A stretch of DNA of 40,000 nt from Anoxybacteroides voinovskiense (GTDB lineage Bacteria > Bacillota > Bacilli > Bacillales > Anoxybacillaceae), in contig NZ_JACIDE010000010.1 in the NCBI RefSeq assembly GCF_014196205.1, positions 59,470 to 99,469 of the forward strand, written 5' to 3'. The notes under the pieces were generated by a model, which made no database searches, had not been told where the DNA came from, and saw only the letters and a list, made by a program, of their open reading frames with translations. Positions 33,749 to 40,000 of this stretch are shown here, piece by piece (the stretch's first letter is position 1; every line of letters begins with the position of its first letter). A program made the translations under genes and the position numbers.

Positions 33749-35202
33749 TGCTTCATCCCCCTTTCTTTTATTAAAGTTGGAACAATATGAGTTCCTGTCT
33801 TACTATAATGTATTTTAAAGTCTTTTGTTTTTACTTCTTTCCCTGTCGTTTGATCTACATATACCCCGATATATTCGTCGCCTTTTATGAGTTCTTTATT
33901 TATCCAATCTCCTTTACTGCTGAACTGAAGTGTACCAGTACCAGCATATTTTTTCACTAACTCATTAGCTTCTTCATAAGAAATTGTTAAATAGCTTGGT
34001 TTCTGTCTGCCCTTCGCTTTATTTCTTTGCACATAATCAAGATAACGCTTATGAGATGGATTATGCTTGTCGTAATGATTTCGGCTATGCTCCAACTTAT
34101 AAACACCATTACGAATATCAGCCCGTATCTGCTCTTCTAGCGCTTGTTCTTTCTCTCTTTCTTTACGTTCAGCCTCGAGTTTTGGTTTCAATACATTTTT
34201 ATTATACCACTCTTCATACGAAACGGAATCCACCAACCCATTCATCGACTGACGTTTTTCGCCGTTTGCGTACTCCGACTCATCGAAATATGGAATCGTC
34301 GTCGTTCGGCAACGGACATGAAATGGCGGCGCATTCGTTCCCGGCTTGTAATCTTTCACGTTATAAATCTTGCCGTCTTGGCTTCTACAAATATCCGATG
34401 TTCGCATATCGAGCGTGGCCAAAATCTCGTATTTCTCCATCCCTGCATCGCGATAGCTGTTTTGCGCAGCCAAATTGTGAAAGAAACTCGCTTCCGTCCT
34501 GACCAACGCTTCAGCGCGCGAGTATGCCACATCCGTCACTTTCACAATTTCTTTCGCTGTTTTGTCGATGGAACGACCAATGATAAAGCTTTGTTCGAGC
34601 GACTTTCGAATGTTCTGCATCGTTTCTTGTTCATGTCCCCAAATTCGCTCGGAAAATTCTTTCCCACTCCAGTTATACGACATCACTTCACGCATCGTGC
34701 TGTCGTCAAGAATTTGCACATTGGCAGGTATACCAGCCATCGCAAAGTCGTACATAAAGTGATAGTACGAGTTTTGGTACACATCGACTAGCCCTGTGTA
34801 AACGTAGTCTTGTAAGCCATTTTTACCGCCGTATAAATGCAGCATCGTCATTTCTATTTGCGCCAAAAGCAGCTCTAATCGCGAAATTCGAACGCGATAG
34901 CTAATCGCATTCAATAGATTTTCGTATTGCGGATTCCCTTCAAGCGCCATCGCGCGAAACCGAGCAAGGTCAACTTCCTTGAACGCTTCTATTTCTTGTG
35001 ATGTTAGCAGCTTCCTTGCCTCATGTAACGAAATTTGATTATCTCTCGCATATCGAGCATAAAAGGCTTCAATTTGTCTTAAAATGTCTTGCTGCGCTTC
35101 TTTCAGTCGCTGCTGCATCTGCGCTAAATACTTCTCAACGATCAGCTGTGCTTCCTGTTCTCTTTGCGTCGCGCGTTGTTCCCAATATTGACGACTATTC
35201 AT
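33745..35202 (-). CDS. SPP1 gp7/Mu F-like head morphogenesis protein with C-terminal polymorphic-toxin-type-50-like domain
   Basis: MuF core (...NAPPFHVRCRTTTIPYF). After a charged linker comes KHNPSHKRY...LVKKYAGTGTL...WINKE...YIGVY...KIHYSKTGTHIVP, which resembles the Ntox50 consensus as I remember it. Confidence 0.8.
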   Translation of the reverse strand: MNSRQYWEQRATQREQEAQLIVEKYLAQMQQRLKEAQQDILRQIEAFYARYARDNQISLHEARKLLTSQEIEAFKEVDLARFRAMALEGNPQYENLLNAISYRVRISRLELLLAQIEMTMLHLYGGKNGLQDYVYTGLVDVYQNSYYHFMYDFAMAGIPANVQILDDSTMREVMSYNWSGKEFSERIWGHEQETMQNIRKSLEQSFIIGRSIDKTAKEIVKVTDVAYSRAEALVRTEASFFHNLAAQNSYRDAGMEKYEILATLDMRTSDICRSQDGKIYNVKDYKPGTNAPPFHVRCRTTTIPYFDESEYANGEKRQSMNGLVDSVSYEEWYNKNVLKPKLEAERKEREKEQALEEQIRADIRNGVYKLEHSRNHYDKHNPSHKRYLDYVQRNKAKGRQKPSYLTISYEEANELVKKYAGTGTLQFSSKGDWINKELIKGDEYIGVYVDQTTGKEVKTKDFKIHYSKTGTHIVPTLIKERGMKH

Positions 35203-36619
35203 TTACGTTCCCATCTTTCTGTTGTTGCTGGAACACGCCTTGATAGCCGTTGTACATCTGTTCTTGTTGCTGTTGCTTTTTCAATCGTTCTTCCACTTGT
35301 TCCGTATACCACGGATGGTTTTCTCGAATCGTTTGGTCGTCAAGAATGCCAACCGATGCCTGGCAGTTGGCGATTACCTCTGACTCATTGATAATGATGT
35401 CACGGTTAAAGATGATTGAAATGGGCTCATTCGTAAAATCGCCTTTTCCTGTCATCAGCAAATATTGGTCAATGAACCAAATCAATTGCTCGAGGCTTGA
35501 TTGAAATTCGGTTTCAAGAATATTGCAGTCCATATCCAAGTCAGAGTATCGGTATCGCAACGCCACTCCACTTGCATTGCCTAAGTTTTCGTCTTGTGTG
35601 TCGACACCGCGACCAAATTCATAAATGGCCTTGCGAATGCGCAATAACTCTTTTTCGACCGCATCTGTCTGTAAATCGGCTTGTAGCTTATCTACATCGC
35701 CGTTTTCGTCTAACTTCACCGCGCGATATCGGTTCAAGTCGTTTAAAAATTCCTGTAAGTCAACGCCGCCGTAATTCACAAGCTTGTAAATAAAATTCGG
35801 GATGTCTGCGAGTAAATCTGCATTTACAGAAGCTTGCAAGTTGTAATCGTCAACGAGCGACTTGATACAGTCGATGAGAGGTTGCTCCTCTTCGTTGTAC
35901 TTAAACGCAATTAACGGCATGCGCTCCCACAAATACGGCTTTTCGTTGATCATGAAATGATAGTTTGTTTCCACTCCAGCCAACACGTCTGGGACGAGTG
36001 AATCGGCTTGTAACACGTAATATTTAATGCCTTTTGGATGGTGATACTCCACTTTCTTTTGTTTTTGCTTTTGTGTGTTCGTGTACACCACTTCTTCATA
36101 CACACGAATAAACGACACAATTTCTTCATGGTCGTTATCTTTCCAAAACGGGATAATTTGTTCGCTCGGAATCTTTTTAAACGCCAGCTCGCCCTTTTCA
36201 TCAATGTACACATACAAAAAAGCGATTCCTTTATTGATCGCTTCTTTGCCAAGATTTTTAATCACTTTTAATAGCCGTTTATCGAACATGTCTTGCATGA
36301 TTTTGCGATAGTCTTCGTTTTCTGTCGCAATCGTCGGCTCTTTCGAAAGTAAATAGCCGACCTTCTGATTCACCAACTTCTTCACGAAGTCATGCGCCAA
36401 CTTTTGATTCGAGCGCCATGTAATGTCTTGGTTCTTCTTTTCGATATCCATTTTCGTGCGATAATATCGCTCGCCAAGCACCATTAATTTGCGCTTATCG
36501 CTCGTTTCCCAGTCTTTCACTATCGCCGCCAAAAGCTGTTCATCTGTCATGATTCCTTTTGATAACTCTGAAAGCACTTGTTCATGCCATGGCGCGCGAA
36601 ATAAATCTTCAATCAGCAC
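35195..36619 (-). CDS. portal protein (SPP1 gp6 family)
   Basis: 474 aa, directly after TerL and before MuF. Q-rich C-terminus. Confidence 0.9.
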   Translation of the reverse strand: MLIEDLFRAPWHEQVLSELSKGIMTDEQLLAAIVKDWETSDKRKLMVLGERYYRTKMDIEKKNQDITWRSNQKLAHDFVKKLVNQKVGYLLSKEPTIATENEDYRKIMQDMFDKRLLKVIKNLGKEAINKGIAFLYVYIDEKGELAFKKIPSEQIIPFWKDNDHEEIVSFIRVYEEVVYTNTQKQKQKKVEYHHPKGIKYYVLQADSLVPDVLAGVETNYHFMINEKPYLWERMPLIAFKYNEEEQPLIDCIKSLVDDYNLQASVNADLLADIPNFIYKLVNYGGVDLQEFLNDLNRYRAVKLDENGDVDKLQADLQTDAVEKELLRIRKAIYEFGRGVDTQDENLGNASGVALRYRYSDLDMDCNILETEFQSSLEQLIWFIDQYLLMTGKGDFTNEPISIIFNRDIIINESEVIANCQASVGILDDQTIRENHPWYTEQVEERLKKQQQQEQMYNGYQGVFQQQQKDGNVNE

Positions 36620-36631
36620 GCGCTCACCTCC

Positions 36632-37894
36632 CTACTTCAAAATTGATACCGATGGTCGTTTCATATCGTCTTCAAACGCATACCGAGTGGCATCGATTGT
36701 ATGGTTATTTTTATCTTCCAGCTTCGGTTTTGGATTCCCATCGGAGTCCACTTGATAATCGATGGACTCAAACTCTCTTGCAATGTTCGGCGTACGCTTC
36801 GGGTCAATGACAATCGCCTCTAAATCATCGAGCCATTTTTCGCCGTACTCCACGCTTCCGGGACCTTTTTTGGCGCCTTTAATTCGCAGGATGCCGTGTT
36901 CTTTCTTCATCTCATCCACCGACTTTGGCTCGGCGCTATCGGCGATAATCGGCTCTACGTGATAATTTTTCGCTTTAATTTTTTCAGCTGCTTCTCGATT
37001 CGACAGCTTCACGCCATAGATTTCATCGATGGCGTAGATGATTCGCCGTGTTTTATCGTAGTGCCAACGTACAAACGCAAACGGATCGACTCCATATCCC
37101 CAGTCAATGCCCTGGCGGATGTTATCAAACCGTTTAATTTCCTCATCAGTAATCGTTCGAAATACTAAATTATCGAACGGCACCACACCACTTCCAATCG
37201 GCTCGCCGAGATATTCATGGCGGTACTTCATCTCATTCGTTCGCTTCGTATGCTCGGCTTCTTCGATGAAATCTTTAGATAAAAATGGGTTATCGAGATA
37301 CGTCGAATGGTGAACAAACGTGTTTTCAGGAATAAATTGCGTTTCGTACTTTTGGTTGACCCACGACTGTCTTCGCTTTGGCGGGTTATAGCTGTAAAAA
37401 AACGTGTACCGCAATCCGTCTGGAAGTTCTCCGCGCAGCACGGACTTTTCGATAACGGACACTTCTTCTTCCGTCTTGAACTCAGCGAGCTCCTCAATCC
37501 ACATAACGGCCAACGGAAAGCGCGAGGCTTTAATCGATTTGATTTTTTGCGGATCATCAGCACCACGGAACAAAATACGGTTTCCTCGCGGTAGATACGT
37601 GATCCGCATTGGGTTCACGGTAATTTGAAAGTACTCGGTGACACCTAGTATTTCCATCGCTTCTTTCAACTGTTCCAACACCGAATCAGCGAGCGTGTTC
37701 CCGACTCTACGCACAACCAAAGCAGTCACTGGGAAGCGCATAACCAGCAACAACACCATCATCGCAATATGTGTAGACTTCGCGCTGGCGCGGCCGCCTT
37801 TCAACACATAACGCAAATAGCGCTGCTCTTTTACCAGCGCCCATACTTTTTGAAATGTAGGCGTAAACACTTCGGAAAGCCTAATCTTCTTCAT
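36632..37894 (-). CDS. terminase large subunit (PBSX family)
   Basis: Walker A VLKGGRASAKST. About 420 aa. ATG 37894 (MKKIRLSEVF) overlaps the TerS 3' end. Confidence 0.92.
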   Translation of the reverse strand: MKKIRLSEVFTPTFQKVWALVKEQRYLRYVLKGGRASAKSTHIAMMVLLLVMRFPVTALVVRRVGNTLADSVLEQLKEAMEILGVTEYFQITVNPMRITYLPRGNRILFRGADDPQKIKSIKASRFPLAVMWIEELAEFKTEEEVSVIEKSVLRGELPDGLRYTFFYSYNPPKRRQSWVNQKYETQFIPENTFVHHSTYLDNPFLSKDFIEEAEHTKRTNEMKYRHEYLGEPIGSGVVPFDNLVFRTITDEEIKRFDNIRQGIDWGYGVDPFAFVRWHYDKTRRIIYAIDEIYGVKLSNREAAEKIKAKNYHVEPIIADSAEPKSVDEMKKEHGILRIKGAKKGPGSVEYGEKWLDDLEAIVIDPKRTPNIAREFESIDYQVDSDGNPKPKLEDKNNHTIDATRYAFEDDMKRPSVSILK

Positions 37895-38309
37895 CTGTCC
37901 CACCAACATCGTCGATAATTTGAACGCCGAAATTCGCGTCGATTTGCTGGCGCTCGGTCCACATCGCGAAGCGTTTGCCGAGAAGCTCGGCTGCTTTGAT
38001 ACGATCTTTAATATTCGGAGTATTTTCCACTAATTCAAAAAAGTCTTTTCCTGTCATCGGTATTTGTTCTGTTTCCTCGCCACGAAGCACTTTTGTTAAA
38101 AACGCTAGTATCTCATCTTGCGAGGCGATACGTTCCTTGTCTTTTTCAGCCAATCGTTGCTGGATGTACTCTCTAATTGTAGTATTTTGTAGTAGCTTCG
38201 TTGTATTGCCTCTAGCGCTATATCCAGCCCTTTTTGCCGCCTCTTCTGCGTTGCCAAGTTCGATGTAGTAATCAGCGAATCTTTTTTGCTTTTCCGTCAA
38301 CTTCCGCAT
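37881..38309 (-). CDS. terminase small subunit (Terminase_2-like)
   Basis: LTEKQKRFADYYIELGNAEEAAKRAGYS HTH motif typical of the family. Confidence 0.85.
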   Translation of the reverse strand: MRKLTEKQKRFADYYIELGNAEEAAKRAGYSARGNTTKLLQNTTIREYIQQRLAEKDKERIASQDEILAFLTKVLRGEETEQIPMTGKDFFELVENTPNIKDRIKAAELLGKRFAMWTERQQIDANFGVQIIDDVGGTDEED

Positions 38310-38347
38310 CTACATCTCACCTACCTCCTCATTCGCACGATTTTTAC

Positions 38348-38551
38348 TTAAAACACATATTTCCCCAACGCTAATCCGATAACTAGAAAAATTGTGACAA
38401 AAAAAATAACTAAACATATGGCAGGTGTTACAAAATCCAAACTCCCTTTGTCAAAGAAATGAAAAACCAAATAATCAATAGCTAGCCCGACAGCCAAAAT
38501 GATAAGCAACACACACCAAAAAGGGATACTAACCAAAACTATTCCCCTCAC
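38348..38551 (-). CDS. small 2TM membrane protein, hypothetical
   Basis: 67 aa, two long hydrophobic segments. Confidence 0.45.
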   Translation of the reverse strand: MRGIVLVSIPFWCVLLIILAVGLAIDYLVFHFFDKGSLDFVTPAICLVIFFVTIFLVIGLALGKYVF

Positions 38552-38700
38552 TTTCTTCGAATCGCCCCACGCACTCGCTTATACGTATCACGCCGGACGC
38601 CCATTAATTCGAGCAAAACACGACGGCTCATTTTCTCTTTTTTCTTCGCCTTTAATTTCTTTATTTCATCATCCGATAAATGGTCACATAACTTATACAT
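38548..38700 (-). CDS. small basic protein, ~50 aa, hypothetical
   Basis: ATG 38700 follows GGGGTGATGAGG. Product is MYKLCDHLSDDEIKKLKAKKKEKMSRRVLLELMGVRRDTYKRVRGAIRRK. The stop overlaps the next gene's start. Confidence 0.4.
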   Translation of the reverse strand: MYKLCDHLSDDEIKKLKAKKKEKMSRRVLLELMGVRRDTYKRVRGAIRRK

Positions 38701-38822
38701 CCTCATCACCCCATGCATAAAATAAGTGCCTAGCGCATGACTAGGCACTCAAAAAAAGGAGGACAGTTCTACATATTAGTGGCATTTACACGACAAAAAA
38801 GCACAAAATAACGAAAAAAGTA

Positions 38823-38851
38823 TTGATACGTATTATTATACGTGTTATAAT
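38823..38851 (+). promoter_or_regulatory. consensus-like sigma-A promoter of hicAB with an embedded inverted repeat
   Basis: TTGATA (38823..38828), 17-nt spacer, TATAAT (38846..38851). The spacer holds ACGTAT-TATT-ATACGT (38828..38843). Confidence 0.6.
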
Positions 38852-38871
38852 AAAATCAAGGAGGGAGGGAA

Positions 38872-39063
38872 ATGAAGAGTTACTCTTCAAAAGAATTAAT
38901 TAAAATGATACAGCAAGACGGATGGTACATAGTCAGAACGACTGGCAGTCATCATCAGTTTAAACATCCCAGTAAACCCGGATTAGTGACCATCCCTCAT
39001 CCTAAGAAAGACTTACCAACTAAAACAGTAAAAAGCATACTTAAACAGGCGGGACTACTTTAA
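38872..39063 (+). CDS. hicA: HicA-family mRNA interferase toxin
   Basis: 63 aa. SSKELIKMIQQDGWYIVRTTGSHHQFKHPSKPGLVTIPHPKKDL is the classical HicA pattern. Confidence 0.9.
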   Translation: MKSYSSKELIKMIQQDGWYIVRTTGSHHQFKHPSKPGLVTIPHPKKDLPTKTVKSILKQAGLL

Positions 39064-39089
39064 GTCCCTCCTAAAGGAGGTTAACATAT

Positions 39090-39500
39090 ATGCATAAAAA
39101 AGACCGTTATATTTATCCAGCCATTTTCGATTATGGTAGCGACGGAATATCTGTTGAGTTTCCTGATCTTCCTGGCTGCTTTACTTGCGGAGACACGGAA
39201 GAAGAAGCATTTCAAATGGCAAAAGAAGCGATGGCATTACATCTGTATGGATTAGAGCAGGAAAATGAAGAAATCCCTCAGCCTTCAAAAGTATCGGAAA
39301 TTCAAACAAAAAAACACCAAGTCGTTGTGTTCGTCGAGGTATGGATGCCACCTTTTCGTCACGAAATGGAGAACAAAGCCGTCAAAAAGACATTGACCAT
39401 TCCTAAATGGCTTGACGACCTTGCGAAACAATACGATGTGAACTATTCGCAGATTCTCCAAGAAGCATTAAAAAAACATTTGGGAGCTACCGACCGATAA
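39090..39500 (+). CDS. hicB: HicB-family antitoxin with C-terminal RHH-like DNA-binding tail
   Basis: YIYPAIFDYGSDGISVEFPDLPGCFTCGDTEEEAFQMAKEAMALHL (HicB fold). C-terminal TLTIPKWLDDLAKQYDVNYSQILQEALKKHL. Confidence 0.9.
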   Translation: MHKKDRYIYPAIFDYGSDGISVEFPDLPGCFTCGDTEEEAFQMAKEAMALHLYGLEQENEEIPQPSKVSEIQTKKHQVVVFVEVWMPPFRHEMENKAVKKTLTIPKWLDDLAKQYDVNYSQILQEALKKHLGATDR

Positions 39501-39505
39501 TGTAA

Positions 39506-39540
39506 AAAGCCTCTTCAGCTACACATGCAGAAGAGGCTTT
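39506..39540. terminator. bidirectional hairpin terminator after hicB, overlapping the last codons of the convergent sigma-like gene
   Basis: AAAGCCTCTTC (39506..39516) and GAAGAGGCTTT (39530..39540) form a perfect 11-bp stem, followed by CTTTT. Confidence 0.7.
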
Positions 39541-40000
39541 CTTTTATGCGTTTTTTGATTTTTCTTTCAGCGCGTTCAATCATCGTCTGAACACTACTCG
39601 ATGAGATACAAAGATAATTCGCAATCTCGCTATATGTTAAGCAATATCCTCGTGACATAAGATACACTTCCCGTTCTCGTTCGGTGAGCACGGATAAAGC
39701 GTCCTCAATGCGTTCCCGATCCCAGCTCGTAATAACACTTTCCCTTTCGTGATCGTCCCACTCATAGACAGGTTCGCTGGAACGGAAATATTTTTGCATC
39801 AGTAACGGGTCAAAAAGTTTCTCGCGTTGATAGGCAGCGCGTCGCTCGATGCCACGTCGATTTTCCGGTCTTCTTCCTGTTGCCAACCACTCTATCGTAA
39901 ATTCAAGATCCGAAATCATTCCTCTGATTATCTTTTTATCTTCATCTGATGCCGTTTCTAGGAGCTTCCTTGCTAATCGCAACGATTCGCGGTACTGTTT
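39515..40000 (-). CDS. sigma-70 region-4-like phage late transcription regulator; the 5' end is probably outside the window
   Basis: LTEREREVYLMSRGYCLTYSEIANYLCISSSSVQTMIERAERKIKKRI is a region-4/LuxR-type HTH. The frame stays open upstream of the track TTG (39982) to position 40000. Confidence 0.7.
   Translation of the reverse strand, partial: KQYRESLRLARKLLETASDEDKKIIRGMISDLEFTIEWLATGRRPENRRGIERRAAYQREKLFDPLLMQKYFRSSEPVYEWDDHERESVITSWDRERIEDALSVLTEREREVYLMSRGYCLTYSEIANYLCISSSSVQTMIERAERKIKKRIKESLFCMCS

Larger units (their letters stand above)
13790..40000. mobile_element. PBSX/skin-like myovirus prophage, partial. The moron/lysis-side junction is at about 13.8 kb and the element continues past the right edge.
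   Basis: Uninterrupted minus-strand late operon: TerS, TerL, portal, MuF, scaffold, capsid, XkdH/I/J-like, sheath, tube, XkdN-like, TMP, XkdP-U-like, fibre, XkdX, XhlA, holin, amidase. Host synteny breaks at the truncated ytlA. Confidence 0.88.

Noticed and set aside
34144-34791. 215-aa and 172-aa plus-strand ORFs inside the MuF gene
   Set aside because: They are antisense to a clearly conserved MuF coding frame. They lack SDs and recognisable motifs.

Overview
This looks like a thermophilic Bacillaceae chromosome (Geobacillus / Parageobacillus / Anoxybacillus-like), judged by gene order shared with Bacillus subtilis. Positions 1-13.8 kb are ordinary core genome: leuS with a Leu T-box, ytzC, ytqA-ytqB, ytpB, ytpA, ytoA, a C39-like peptidase, asnB, metK with a SAM-I riboswitch, pckA and ytmB. 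A ytlA-like lipoprotein gene then breaks off after 114 codons. From about 13.8 kb to the right edge the window holds one arm of a PBSX/skin-like contractile-tail prophage, with its late operon on the minus strand. That operon runs from a sigma-like regulator through TerS/TerL, portal, MuF, scaffold, capsid, sheath/tube, a chaperone with a -1 frameshift, tape measure, baseplate XkdP-U, tail fibre and lysis genes. No integrase or repressor is present, so the other prophage end lies beyond 40000. Accessory content worth a second look:
- A SLATT-like 2TM gene plus a ThsB-like TIR gene sit in the moron region next to the att junction. This is a candidate Thoeris-like defence module and my top pick.
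- A complete diversity-generating retroelement (Avd-TR-RT-target) has an internal VR in a tail-fibre-position protein.
- A MuF head protein carries a toxin-50-like C-terminus and is followed by a small acidic candidate immunity gene.
- A hicAB module has a consensus promoter.
- A switch-like region contains 8 GACGTC palindromes and a perfect 26-bp AT palindrome.
All family assignments come from motif recognition by eye and from synteny. No database search was run.
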